Numbered from the stretch's first letter, positions 52,457 through 62,886 are shown. The stretch: 64,000 bases of DNA from an uncultured Chloroflexia bacterium (GCA_963785535.1 CAWAVQ010000007.1:183502-247501); one strand, 5' to 3'. A program made the numbers and translations. The notes: generated by a model from the sequence alone, not told the origin.

Positions 52457-54055
52457 ATGGATTTCACAATCAACGACGATTATCTTGATGAAGCTTTAGC
52501 GAAGGTTGAGAGCGTGCGGAATTGGAGTCCCCGAGTGATTTCCAAGTTGGAAAATTCCATCCACACCGCGAATGATGAAGAACTCTTTCGCGTCAGCCCA
52601 CTGGAGTGGGCATCCCAAAAAAGTATGGACGAATATGAAGCAGTGGACTTATTCTTGCATGCAGCGAAAGCCGGATTATTCTATATGGAATGGGATGTCA
52701 TATGCCCGTGCTGTGGCAGGATTAGCCAGAGTCTGCGGGATCTGCATAGTCTTGAGTCGCACAGCACCTGCAAGTTATGCTTCCGTAAAGATATGCCGAA
52801 CCTGGACAACTCAGTCCAAGTTACTTTTACGCTCTCGCCCTCTGTTCGGTCGCTGCGGTTTCATCATCCCGAAACTCTGACGCTGGAAGAGTATTGTTTC
52901 GAGTATCTATTTGAACCCAGCACCATTATCAACGGGATGATGCCGCTCATGGATGCTGTTCATTACGTCCAAAGACATCTTTCAATGTTCTCACCCGGCG
53001 AGAAAATAACTGTCGAAACAGAAGTCGGCGTAGGAGCACTCACTTGTTATGACTTATTCGGCCAACAGAGTTTTGGTCTGGTCGCGAGCGGCACACCCAA
53101 ACTGGAGACGCAAAAAATAGCGATCAAATTGACTGACGGCGGCTTTGTGGTACCCTTGCCTGAAATGCAACCGGGTGAATTTAGCGTTGGCCCTTTCGCT
53201 TACGCGGGAACTTTTTATCTTATCCGTCCGGGTAAGGTCGTTATCGAATTCGAACAGAACGCCAGTGCCAAGGCAGCGCTCCTGGTAGCTTTTTTCCCCA
53301 TACCGCTGGAGGGTATCCAGACTATGGAAATACCCGCCGCCGGACTCTCTGCTGATGTGGTTAACCTGATCGAGATAATGAAAGATGCCAGCGTTACCAT
53401 GCAAACGTTGCCCGACCATACGTTTACCTCGCCGCGCCTGACTGCCAAGCGGTTGTTTGCCAGTCAAACCTTTCATGATTTGTTTCGCGCTGAGGTCTTT
53501 CAAGATGCGGAAGGTTTTGGCATAAAGGACGTGACGATTTTGTTCACCGACCTGAAAAGCTCCACCCAACTCTATCAACAGATCGGAGATTTGAATGCGT
53601 ATGCGCTGGTGCGGGAACATTACGGCGTTTTGAATACGGCCATTTTAAATCAACACGGGGCTATTGTCAAAACCATCGGCGATGCGATTATGGCGAACTT
53701 TAATCATCCTGTGGAAGCGGTCGGCGCAGCGCTTGAGATGCTAGGAGGACTTCGAGAATTAAATCAATCTTCACACCATGGAGGCTTGAGCCTAAAACTT
53801 GGTATTCACAGAGGGGCAGCTATTGCGGTGACACTCAACAATCGCATTGATTATTTCGGCCAAACGGTGAATATCGCTTCGCGGATACAAGGCAGTGCCG
53901 GAGGAGATGAGATTTATCTGACCGAAGAAATATACACTTCGCCAGGGGTGCTGGACTTGCTCCAACAACATAATTGCAAAATTGAATCCATTCTGATTCA
54001 ACTCAAAGGCATTGAGGGACAGGTAAAAATTTACAAGGTGACTGGCTCGAACTAA
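52457..54055 (+). CDS. Class III adenylate/guanylate cyclase with large N-terminal Cys4-containing sensor domain
   Basis: C-terminal ILFTDLKSSTQLY, KTIGDAIMANF, GIHRGAAI and YFGQTVNIASRIQ. N-terminal ICPCCGR...CKLCF. Confidence 0.85.
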   Translation: MDFTINDDYLDEALAKVESVRNWSPRVISKLENSIHTANDEELFRVSPLEWASQKSMDEYEAVDLFLHAAKAGLFYMEWDVICPCCGRISQSLRDLHSLESHSTCKLCFRKDMPNLDNSVQVTFTLSPSVRSLRFHHPETLTLEEYCFEYLFEPSTIINGMMPLMDAVHYVQRHLSMFSPGEKITVETEVGVGALTCYDLFGQQSFGLVASGTPKLETQKIAIKLTDGGFVVPLPEMQPGEFSVGPFAYAGTFYLIRPGKVVIEFEQNASAKAALLVAFFPIPLEGIQTMEIPAAGLSADVVNLIEIMKDASVTMQTLPDHTFTSPRLTAKRLFASQTFHDLFRAEVFQDAEGFGIKDVTILFTDLKSSTQLYQQIGDLNAYALVREHYGVLNTAILNQHGAIVKTIGDAIMANFNHPVEAVGAALEMLGGLRELNQSSHHGGLSLKLGIHRGAAIAVTLNNRIDYFGQTVNIASRIQGSAGGDEIYLTEEIYTSPGVLDLLQQHNCKIESILIQLKGIEGQVKIYKVTGSN

Positions 54056-54204
54056 ACGCCGCGAGTATTCTTTCTTGCCACTCACCGCGGCGGTGCGTTC
54101 TTATGGCCCCAAAGCCGCCCAACTTCCGCCTGCAGCCGATCCCCTTATGGGGACAGGCCCCGCTAGAACCACGCGGGGCAGGCGGGCGAATTCTTCAATA
54201 CACA

Positions 54205-54240
54205 GAAAAACGGACTGGTTCATCATCGGTCCGTTCTTTG
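54205..54240 (+). terminator. Probable terminator hairpin
   Basis: aaaaacggac/gtccgttcttt stem (54209-54215/54229-54235) with a weak T tract. Confidence 0.45.
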
Positions 54241-54513
54241 TCGGTTCGAAACCTATCAAATCGCCATTACCCCACTATCGATTAGCTATCCAACCTCTAC
54301 AAATCAAGAGCACCCTCGTTCTTTCGGACTATAATGGAAACAACCTGATCAACAAAGTTCAACGCCCGTATCCTAAATAAAAGAGGAAACGGCAGGGGGA
54401 ATAGATGGCAGTAGATCACGAACGCATTCGTGAACATCACCTAAAAGGACATCAAGGATTCGATCAGAATTTCTTGAGTTTATGGCCCTTGCCTACACCT
54501 ATGGAGGATCAAA

Positions 54514-55992
54514 ATGAAAGCATTGTTAATCTACCCTGAATTCCCGGATACCTTTTGGAGTTTCAAACACGCCCTGAAATTCATCCGCAAACAGGCCTCC
54601 CTGCCCCCGTTAGGGTTATTGACCGTGGCAGCCATGCTGCCCTCAAATTGGGAAAAGCGCCTGGTCGATTTGAACGTCAGGAAACTGACCGAGCAGGACC
54701 TGGCCTGGGCCGATATGGCTTTGGTCAGCGCCATGGTCGTCCAGCGCAGTTCGGCGCAGCAGATCATCGCGCGCTGTAAAGCTGCGGGACTCAAAGTCGT
54801 GGCGGGTGGGCCGCTCTTCACCGCCGAATACGATCAGTTCGAGGAGGTCGATCATTTCATCCTGAACGAAGCGGAGTTGACTCTGCAGCCGTTCCTGAAT
54901 GACTTGCAGGCTGGTTGCGCCAAACGCATCTACACATCTGATGAATTCCCTGAAATCGAGGAAACCCCGGCCCCGTTGTGGGAGCTTCTCGATATGAAAC
55001 ACTACGCCACCATGGCGATCCAGTATTCGCGCGGTTGTCCCTTCGATTGCGAGTTCTGCAACATCACGGCGCTCTTCGGTCACAGACCACGCGTCAAGAC
55101 CGCCGAGCAGATTATTCGTGAGTTGGATGCGCTTTATCAGCTTGGCTGGCGCTCGGGCATCTTTTTCGTCGATGACAATTTTATCGGCAACAAACGTCAC
55201 ATCAAAGAGAGCTTACTGCCTGCCTTGATCGAATGGCGCAAAAACAAAATCGGGGTTTCCTTCCACACCGAGGTGTCCATCAACCTGGCCGACGATGAAG
55301 AACTGATGAACCTGATGTCCCAGGCAGGCTTCAACATGGTCTTTATCGGGGTCGAGACGCCCGATGACGAAAGCCTGGCAGAATGCAACAAGAAGCAAAA
55401 CCGCCGCCGCGATATGATCGAGGATATCAAACGCATCCAACGCAGCGGCATGCAAGTCCAGGGCGGGTTCATCATCGGCTTCGACAGCGATACCCCCTCG
55501 ATTTTCCAGAAACAGATCGATTTCATCCAGAAGAGCGGTATTGTGACCGCCATGGTCGGTCTGTTGCAAGCGCCGATCGGCACCCGGCTGTATGAAAGAT
55601 TAAAGGGTGAGGGTCGTTTGTTGAGTGCCTTCTCAGGTGACAACGTGGACGGCAGCACCAACATCATCCCGAAAATGAATCTGGATGTGCTCCAAAAGGG
55701 CTACAAAACGGTTGTCAATTACCTGTATGCACCCAAGAATTACTACGCACGGGTTAGGACCTTTTTGAAGGAATACAAAGCACCCAAAATCAGGGTTGAG
55801 TTCGATTTCGAATATGTCCTGGCCTTCTTCCGCTCGGTTATTCAACTGGGCATCATCGACAAAGAACGCTGTCACTACTGGAAGCTTTTCTTCTGGACGC
55901 TCTTCCGCCGCCCCAAGTTGTTCCCGTTAGCGATCACCTTCGCCATCTACGGCTACCACTTCCGCCAGGTCTGCGATTTGCATATTGTCTGA
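54514..55992 (+). CDS. B12-binding-domain radical SAM protein (DUF4070-type C-terminus)
   Basis: N-terminal MKALLIYPEFPDTFWSF...PPLGLLTVAAMLP (B12-binding-like). CPFDCEFC CxxxCxxC cluster motif. RBS ggagga. Confidence 0.85.
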   Translation: MKALLIYPEFPDTFWSFKHALKFIRKQASLPPLGLLTVAAMLPSNWEKRLVDLNVRKLTEQDLAWADMALVSAMVVQRSSAQQIIARCKAAGLKVVAGGPLFTAEYDQFEEVDHFILNEAELTLQPFLNDLQAGCAKRIYTSDEFPEIEETPAPLWELLDMKHYATMAIQYSRGCPFDCEFCNITALFGHRPRVKTAEQIIRELDALYQLGWRSGIFFVDDNFIGNKRHIKESLLPALIEWRKNKIGVSFHTEVSINLADDEELMNLMSQAGFNMVFIGVETPDDESLAECNKKQNRRRDMIEDIKRIQRSGMQVQGGFIIGFDSDTPSIFQKQIDFIQKSGIVTAMVGLLQAPIGTRLYERLKGEGRLLSAFSGDNVDGSTNIIPKMNLDVLQKGYKTVVNYLYAPKNYYARVRTFLKEYKAPKIRVEFDFEYVLAFFRSVIQLGIIDKERCHYWKLFFWTLFRRPKLFPLAITFAIYGYHFRQVCDLHIV

Positions 55993-56026
55993 AAAGTTTA
56001 GGGAGTGTCTAACATCGATGACATAT

Positions 56027-56101
56027 GTCATTCTGAGGGAGCGAAGCGACCGAAGAATCCCGCCGCTTCGCGGCGGAGACCTTCGCTACGCTCAGGGTGA
56101 C
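56027..56101. repeat. REP-like palindromic repeat, copy B3, between convergent genes
   Basis: gtcattctgagggagcgaagcgaccgaag ... cttcgctacgctcagggtgac. Probably also a bidirectional terminator. Confidence 0.6.
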
Positions 56102-56136
56102 ATTATTGCAGATCTGTTTCCGAATTTATTAGAACC

Positions 56137-59100
56137 CTAGCCATTCTCGCCTGCCAGACGGGCAATTTGGAGCGTGCAATAGCGAATCACATCCTGCTTC
56201 TCCGCTGGCAGGGCACTCTCCTCGATTTGGGCAATGCGCTCGACATCGTTCATCGCGCGGATGATGCTGACCGGCACTTCAATATCTCCTTCCGTAAACG
56301 AACTTAGATATTCAATCGCGCCAATCAGGAAATGACGCATTTCGTCATCCGCGCGCGCGGTGCGGAAAAATCCGGATAAGACTGGGGAAAGTTTTGCGCC
56401 ACGGCCAATGGCAGATGGGATTTCAAACGATCGCGAGGCTGAGAAAGCATACAATGCGGTTGCAAGTTCCGTGAAACTCTGCACCCGTTGATAGATAGAT
56501 TCGCCCAACACGTCCCAAATGATCGAACGCCAGTGCTCAATTTGTATGGGCAGTTGAAGCAATTTTTCGACCTCAATGCGCCATTTATCCGAAACCCGCC
56601 CAGAGATAGGCAGCATAAATTCATCGATATCCCTGTTGAATAGATTTCTTTGCAGCAACACCGCCAAGTCAGGGCGCAATGTTGGCAGGATGTCAGGGAT
56701 AAGAACCCCATCTACAAAGAAATCGTTGATATCGACACCGTGTCGTCGCAGGAGTTCCTGCTGGAAGAAAGGTAAATAGTGTCCCAACGCATCGCTATCT
56801 TCGCGCAACGCCACAAAGATCGAATTGCCCGCCGGGAAGGCAGTTTCGATTTGTTTTAGATATTCGCCGTTCCAATCTTGATAGATGCGTAAGGTATTTA
56901 GAATTTCGTAAACGGGTAAATCGGGTAACAGACGCTCTGCAACCATGCGTCCGCGTTCAGCCTCGGCGAAATTCTTCTGCGAGAAACGCTCCAGGGCACG
57001 GAACAGCCCGGTAGTGAGTTGGTTGATGCCCAGCACTACCGTTTGCGCCTGATTATGAGAAATCGCCCGCAACAAACTGCCGTGTCTGGCAAATGGGATG
57101 ATCTCGGCAATATTGGCTAATATTTGTTGACCGCGCTCGACGCCTGAACCAGGCGTACGCCTGGAGGAAGGCCGGTCACGCAATTGCGGCATGGAGCGCC
57201 CGATGAAATAGGAAATGATGTGAATGCCAACCACATCCTCTTCGCGACCATACAGGATATGGCGGAAATTATCCGTCAACTCTGCCAGGAAATTCTCCAT
57301 CAGAGCTTCGTTTTTCCCGACTGTCAGATGCTCCAATTCCTGTAAGCTTCTGCTTTGCGCGCCCAGGCGACTTTCTGCGATCGTTTCGGCAGCGCGGATC
57401 AAATCTTCGCGATGGCTGCGCTGCGATTCACGCACATGGTTTTGCACACCGACAAAATCACGCGCCCGCAAAAAACGAAGCTGTTCCGAAATATTGCTCT
57501 GGAAGGTGCGCAAATCGCCGCCCAGAAAGACACCTTGTAATGGCGTGACGGCATAGACAGTGCTTTTGCGGGCTGCTGCGGGAAGGTTTGTGGAAAAGCG
57601 GCGTTTATCGTCTTCGGTCTTTCCGAAAGCGGGCTGACCTGCCACGTGTGAATAATAGCCTCCCTGGCGTTGCATCGGCTCTCCACTGCCTAACTTGATA
57701 CGAACCGCATCCACGACACCGTGCTCAGCCAGCCAGGAGTGTGTGTCGTACTTCGCTTTCCGGTAAAGATGAGCGGCGTTCGCCTGGCTGACCTGCTGGC
57801 TCAAATCCGAACCGGCAATGAAAACCTCGGCGATGATCTCCTTGAAGCGCTCCTGGGGTGATTGCAAGGTGTGACGACTCTGGGTGGCATAGTCCCAGAC
57901 CCGGTCGAGGTAAGAACGGACATTGCTGACGGTATCAATATCTTCAAACAGGGGAATCAACCACACCGGGGGAAGCTCGGGGTGTGCAAAGTCCCTGCGC
58001 ATCTGTTCGGCCTGGATACGCATCTTCCGGTCGAGAGCGATCAGCGCTTCTGGCTTCGAAGATAAACTGATCTGTAAGCCCAGGGCCATACCAGGATTGC
58101 CATACTTCCCGGCAATGGTGTTGATCTCCTGTATATTGTACGCGGTCGTATCGATGGCAAACGGATCGCGTGCCGTGATCAAGCCCTGGTTGATACGCGG
58201 CGTGAGCACGATGCGTTGCAAGATGTCTCGATATCCGAGCACTTCCTGGAGCAGTGGTTCGGAGCCAAGGTTATTCAAAATGGCAGGGATCAGCGCGTAC
58301 AATTGTTTGCGCAGCGCTTTGTTCAGCGAAAAGTAAAATTCCAACGTAGCGCGTCGCTGCCCACGGAGTTCGAGCATTTTCCGCTCGTAACGATCGTTAT
58401 GCTGCCAAAGTACACGCGCCGGATCACGGCGAAGATGAAGCTGCGTAGCCAGACGCTGCAAAGAAGTCGTCTCGACAGAAAACGGCAGGATGCCCCGGTA
58501 GCGCCCTTCCAACTGGTGCGTCAAGGTTGTGATTTCATTCAAGAGGCTGGTAAAACGCTGGTTATGTTGCGGCAGCATGTCGAGTTCGGATTTCAGTTCC
58601 GGTTTTACCGAGATCGTCGGAGCTACACCCTGCAAAATGCGCAAGATGCGGTTCATACGCCGCACATTTTCCATCACAACAGCCGCCACCAGGCGTTGCC
58701 CCTGTCCTGACGGACGGCTGCTGCCATCCCAATCGCTCCAAAACGACAAAAAGGGATTCAACGCAGTATTTGAAAATAGTCCCGCAAACTCTTCACCAGC
58801 GATCAGGGAATCGAGGTCTAACAATATTTCATCGGCCTCTTGCTGTGAGTTGATGGCTACATTCAGCCCGATATATTCCTTGAGCAACTCTTGCGACACT
58901 TTTTCGATCAGTTCGGGCGTAATCGGTTTCTGGGCGATCAAGGCCTCTACAACCGCATCAAGTGCCATCTCGGCACTCAGCGAATAGGCCTGGGTTGGAT
59001 GCACGGTGCGGTCATAGAGACGCAATCTGAAATGCTCCTGTCGTCGCTGGAGCGAATCCTTCATGAACTCTCGTTCCAACCGTTCGGCAAGCCAGCGTCC

Positions 59101-61770
59101 ATTTTCATTCAACGCTCGCCACATCAATTCGTCATGGATGGCCTGGCGATCGAGCAAACGGTTCCGAAATACATCCAGACGCTCAGGGATATGTATTTGG
59201 ATGAATTCCCGATTTAATCGCTTGCCGTTTAACGGTTGCATGGCGGATAAACGTTGACGCGCCCGGCTATTCTCACAATTCTGGATGAGTTGCTTCCCGA
59301 AGGCTTCCCAGGCCTGCAAGAGTTCGGTTGAACGGTTACGGCTTCTTTCTGGAACGTTGAAAGATACCTGCTTCCGGTTATATCGCGCATCTTCCTCGGC
59401 GATCAAGCGGTTCAGGTCAATGAGCAGGCGGCGGGTTTTTACCAACAACACATCCGCATGATCCATGCCACCCAACGTAAGACGGAAGATTTTTCTTCCC
59501 GTTTCGAAGCCCTTTTCTGTGCGTGCAAAAGTCGCTAAGGGCAACATGCCGATCCCCGCGCGCGCCAGCGATGAAGCCAGCCAATCCAGTGACAGACCCG
59601 CCGGCAGGTGCTCAACGCGTAAGAGTGGATATAGACTTCCCGTTGGCGGAATGATTTCCAGGCCAAAAGGATTGCGATCCGAGGGCAAATTCTTGACCGC
59701 CTGCAAAAGGGCCTGCGTTCTCTCATATAAAATCGAGTTACGCAGATGCCAGTAAGTCCTGGTATTCTGTGTTCCGTTCCGGTAGAACAGATAGCTGAGA
59801 AAAATTGCGGCAATGTTGGGCTGTATATGGGAATTCAAGGCCTCAAAGCGTTGAAATATTTGACGATCACGAATTTCAAGAACAGTTAATCTGGCCCCGG
59901 CAAAACTATCAGTCTTGGACATGGAATGCACCGTGATCACCCGGTCGGCTTGTGCTTCAGTGATGACCCCGTGACGATTCAATTCTGATGCAATCTGTCG
60001 GACGGTTTTGATTTCGGGAAAATCGCGAACCGGAACCACGTTTTGATAAGAAAGATCATCAATCACATAAAGATTGTTTTGCAGGCAATACTTGACTAAG
60101 CGCCGAACATCCGCTTCATCGAACACCCGTCCTGTCGCGTTATGCGGATTATTGATCGCTACCGCGCTGCGTCCTGGCCAGGAGGAATCATGCTGGCATA
60201 TTTGCTCTATTTTCTCGATGATAGCATCCACATCCAACCCCAACGATGTAGATAACGGCACGGCATATGTTTTCTTAAAACACTGTTCGTAAGACCAACT
60301 CAAATCGGGAATGACAACTTCAGATACCCCACAATGAAAACCTAATATGCTCAATGCGGTGCGGGATGAACCGCTCACTACAGTGCAAGCTTCGGGTCGG
60401 TACTGTGGCTGTTGTTTCGTAAAAACGCTCAGGAAACTGCGCTGGAGTGCCTGGAGCCATTCGGGATCGTGTACATTCTGAATAAGCCCTTCGAGAACCT
60501 CATCCGCCTCCAATTCGGCAAACTCGTCAAATATATATCTCTTCCATGCATGCCTGACCCGCTGAGTGATGACAGCGCTTTTTTCCTCCCAAATCGTCAG
60601 GGAATGATCCAAGACTCGGGCACGCTCTTCCACCAATCGTTCAAGATGGCGCTCTATACGCTCGGCCAATTCTGGCAGGACAGTTTCCGCGGAAACTCCC
60701 AAGTCCAGACCTTCGAAGGATGGTTTCGCCTGCGGAACCTGCGTAGACAGATCGCTCGGAAGTTCAGCGAGTTTTTGCGTGAGCAGAAAATCCAGAAACT
60801 CGGCCTCCGAGGCAGAGGGCGTTCCTTTGAGATTGAAGTGCACGTTCTCAATAACACTCAGGAAATCGGCATTGCCAACGATGAACACGATGGAAAGATT
60901 ATGCAGTCGTTTTGCAAAAATGGCTGGCGTCAACAAACGGATCACGCGCTGCACAAGTTTGGCTTCACGCGCCAAAGAAAGGTGATTGGGCGCATTATTG
61001 GCCTCGATGAAGAACAACGGATGCTCGATGCTCATCAGGCGCAACCTGCGTCGAGTCACTTCGTCCAGCAAACCCCCGATCAGCAAAAAGGTCGGCATAT
61101 TGGGCTGAAGATTCAAGTATCGTTCAATCTGCTGGCACGCAACGCCTTCATCGGAAGCCAATTCATCGAAAAGCAAGTTGGGGATGGCTTTCAACTGGGG
61201 TTGGAGTTCGCATTGATAACTCAGGATACGGGCAGGGGTGAACTCCAGATAAGATGACAGAGCAAACAAGAGTATTCGCAGCATTTCATGAACGCCGCCT
61301 GAGCCCAGGATAATTTCGCGCTTACCAGATTGTTCCCCGGTGTCATAGTGTAGTGGTTCCTGTTGATGCTCCAACCAGGCTCGAAACGCATCGATCAGTG
61401 CGTGCGGTTTCTTACGGGAATAGCCTCCCCGTGGCATATAAGGTGCGCTCTTTTGAATCGCCCGAATTAAAAAATCAAGCTTTGGCTTTTCTGTAGCCTC
61501 CCATCCAAGATACTCCAAAATCATTTCAGGGGCTGTATCGCTTAGCTCCTCCTGGTGAATATCGATACCGAGCACCATCCGCAAATAGGCCGATGAAAGA
61601 CTTCCATCTTGCACCGGGTTGCCGATGTGAAAGTTGACACGCTCCTCGTCCGGGATCGCCGCCGCAGCCGTGCTTTCGCTGATCTCTGATACACGCGCCA
61701 CACGGATCGGCTTCAGGCGAAAACTGGCCTGAGGATCAGGGGGATAAATAGTCATCGAATTCACGCTCAC
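56137..61770 (-). CDS. Giant 1877-aa fusion: two class I/II aminotransferase-fold domains + PEP-carboxylase-like domain with substituted catalytic motifs
   Basis: Aminotransferase domain 2: NNPHNATG (aa 540), IDDLSY, SMSKTDSFAGAR (aa 616). Domain 1 (aa ~40-330) is degenerate. C-terminal 1000 aa carry colinear PEPC-like motifs TVHPTQ (922), LIPLFEDID (1271), VFIAGSDLSQQ (1316), KLGSGEPMQRQGG (1359) and a C-terminal ...AGENG. Confidence 0.7.
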   Translation of the reverse strand: MSVNSMTIYPPDPQASFRLKPIRVARVSEISESTAAAAIPDEERVNFHIGNPVQDGSLSSAYLRMVLGIDIHQEELSDTAPEMILEYLGWEATEKPKLDFLIRAIQKSAPYMPRGGYSRKKPHALIDAFRAWLEHQQEPLHYDTGEQSGKREIILGSGGVHEMLRILLFALSSYLEFTPARILSYQCELQPQLKAIPNLLFDELASDEGVACQQIERYLNLQPNMPTFLLIGGLLDEVTRRRLRLMSIEHPLFFIEANNAPNHLSLAREAKLVQRVIRLLTPAIFAKRLHNLSIVFIVGNADFLSVIENVHFNLKGTPSASEAEFLDFLLTQKLAELPSDLSTQVPQAKPSFEGLDLGVSAETVLPELAERIERHLERLVEERARVLDHSLTIWEEKSAVITQRVRHAWKRYIFDEFAELEADEVLEGLIQNVHDPEWLQALQRSFLSVFTKQQPQYRPEACTVVSGSSRTALSILGFHCGVSEVVIPDLSWSYEQCFKKTYAVPLSTSLGLDVDAIIEKIEQICQHDSSWPGRSAVAINNPHNATGRVFDEADVRRLVKYCLQNNLYVIDDLSYQNVVPVRDFPEIKTVRQIASELNRHGVITEAQADRVITVHSMSKTDSFAGARLTVLEIRDRQIFQRFEALNSHIQPNIAAIFLSYLFYRNGTQNTRTYWHLRNSILYERTQALLQAVKNLPSDRNPFGLEIIPPTGSLYPLLRVEHLPAGLSLDWLASSLARAGIGMLPLATFARTEKGFETGRKIFRLTLGGMDHADVLLVKTRRLLIDLNRLIAEEDARYNRKQVSFNVPERSRNRSTELLQAWEAFGKQLIQNCENSRARQRLSAMQPLNGKRLNREFIQIHIPERLDVFRNRLLDRQAIHDELMWRALNENGRWLAERLEREFMKDSLQRRQEHFRLRLYDRTVHPTQAYSLSAEMALDAVVEALIAQKPITPELIEKVSQELLKEYIGLNVAINSQQEADEILLDLDSLIAGEEFAGLFSNTALNPFLSFWSDWDGSSRPSGQGQRLVAAVVMENVRRMNRILRILQGVAPTISVKPELKSELDMLPQHNQRFTSLLNEITTLTHQLEGRYRGILPFSVETTSLQRLATQLHLRRDPARVLWQHNDRYERKMLELRGQRRATLEFYFSLNKALRKQLYALIPAILNNLGSEPLLQEVLGYRDILQRIVLTPRINQGLITARDPFAIDTTAYNIQEINTIAGKYGNPGMALGLQISLSSKPEALIALDRKMRIQAEQMRRDFAHPELPPVWLIPLFEDIDTVSNVRSYLDRVWDYATQSRHTLQSPQERFKEIIAEVFIAGSDLSQQVSQANAAHLYRKAKYDTHSWLAEHGVVDAVRIKLGSGEPMQRQGGYYSHVAGQPAFGKTEDDKRRFSTNLPAAARKSTVYAVTPLQGVFLGGDLRTFQSNISEQLRFLRARDFVGVQNHVRESQRSHREDLIRAAETIAESRLGAQSRSLQELEHLTVGKNEALMENFLAELTDNFRHILYGREEDVVGIHIISYFIGRSMPQLRDRPSSRRTPGSGVERGQQILANIAEIIPFARHGSLLRAISHNQAQTVVLGINQLTTGLFRALERFSQKNFAEAERGRMVAERLLPDLPVYEILNTLRIYQDWNGEYLKQIETAFPAGNSIFVALREDSDALGHYLPFFQQELLRRHGVDINDFFVDGVLIPDILPTLRPDLAVLLQRNLFNRDIDEFMLPISGRVSDKWRIEVEKLLQLPIQIEHWRSIIWDVLGESIYQRVQSFTELATALYAFSASRSFEIPSAIGRGAKLSPVLSGFFRTARADDEMRHFLIGAIEYLSSFTEGDIEVPVSIIRAMNDVERIAQIEESALPAEKQDVIRYCTLQIARLAGENG

Positions 61771-61816
61771 GCAATATTTTTCTTAACGGCATACTATTGG
61801 AACTTTGCATATCCGC

Positions 61817-62797
61817 CTAGTCTTCCTTCTTTTCCTGCTTATCTTCCAAAGCTCGTTGCATAAGGTTTTGGAAAATGCCCAAAAGTTCTGATCCCTGGGC
61901 AAGCTCTTGTGGGGTAAACGAGACGATGGTGCGCGCGTTCTTCAAGTTCTGGCTGGCTTCGGCCAGGCGGGCAGCCTGGGGCGTCAGCATCAGCAGTTCG
62001 GGACTATTCTTGAGCACTTCAAGCTCTTCCTTTTCAAAAGCGAGACGCATGCGGTTGCGTTCCAGTTCATCTTCAAGACTTTGATGAGTGAGCGCGGCCT
62101 CTTTTTCAAGCAGTGTCTTCTTCAATTCGGTCTTTTTCAGTTCAAGGTCGTGCTCCATCTGCGAGATTTCTTCATCGGCCTGATATTTTGCCTTCGCCGC
62201 AGATGAACGCGCTTGATTGTTCAAGCGCTCCGTTTGTTCGAGCAGCCGTGCTTGCTCTTGTTGACGAAGGGCCTCGCTAATTTCCGGATCGGTTGGTTCC
62301 AATGAATCAACTGCCAATGAAATTAGCTCAACTCCAAATTTTTCTTGAAAAAGAGCCGACTGTTTATTCAAATGACTCACAAGGTCGGTTGACGAAAGCG
62401 CATGGATTTCGCATTTTTCCACATATGCTTTGACCAATCCCTGGAGCATCAGTTGCACTTCATCGGCGGCGTGTGCGGTGGCATCCGGTTTCCAGCCCCC
62501 GATTCGGATCAATGATTGAATATGCTCAAGTGAAGGCGCCACCGAGCCCACCAATTTAATGCGCACCTCCAGATTCCCGACTGCGGTCGCCTCGATGGTC
62601 AACCTGATCGGGTGTGTCGTACGCTCTAACGGAAGACTGAAATGCCGGGGATAGATCAGACCTTGTCGAAGGCCAATCTGTCCCCTGGATTCGTAAAGCA
62701 GTAAAGCATCCGGCTTCCGAATCCGGTATTCGAACAAGATAAAAAACACAAAAATCAGAATGACAGCCCCAATGAGAATTCCGGTGGTGATTTCCAT
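61817..62797 (-). CDS. SPFH/Band-7 (flotillin-like) membrane protein
   Basis: N-terminal TM helix, SPFH core, and a long Glu/Ala/Lys coiled coil (EQARLLEQTERLNNQARSSAAKAKYQADEE...). 46 nt upstream of the giant ORF. Confidence 0.8.
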   Translation of the reverse strand: MEITTGILIGAVILIFVFFILFEYRIRKPDALLLYESRGQIGLRQGLIYPRHFSLPLERTTHPIRLTIEATAVGNLEVRIKLVGSVAPSLEHIQSLIRIGGWKPDATAHAADEVQLMLQGLVKAYVEKCEIHALSSTDLVSHLNKQSALFQEKFGVELISLAVDSLEPTDPEISEALRQQEQARLLEQTERLNNQARSSAAKAKYQADEEISQMEHDLELKKTELKKTLLEKEAALTHQSLEDELERNRMRLAFEKEELEVLKNSPELLMLTPQAARLAEASQNLKNARTIVSFTPQELAQGSELLGIFQNLMQRALEDKQEKKED

Positions 62798-62886
62798 AGT
62801 TCACAACTCCTCAAGTACAAATTCGGTACTCAAATATATTTGAATAACGCAGCAAATTATACACAGCATAGTCATAACACCTAAGA

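Noticed and set aside
54405-54539. 44-aa His-rich ORF (MAVDHERIREHHLKGHQGFDQNFLSLWPLPTPMEDQNESIVNLP) overlapping the start of the B12-radical SAM gene as a RiPP precursor
   Set aside because: It has a plausible RBS (ggggga) but overlaps the rSAM start by 26 nt in another frame. It lacks Cys/Ser/Thr-rich core features, and no RiPP recognition, protease or transporter genes are nearby. There is no way to test conservation here.
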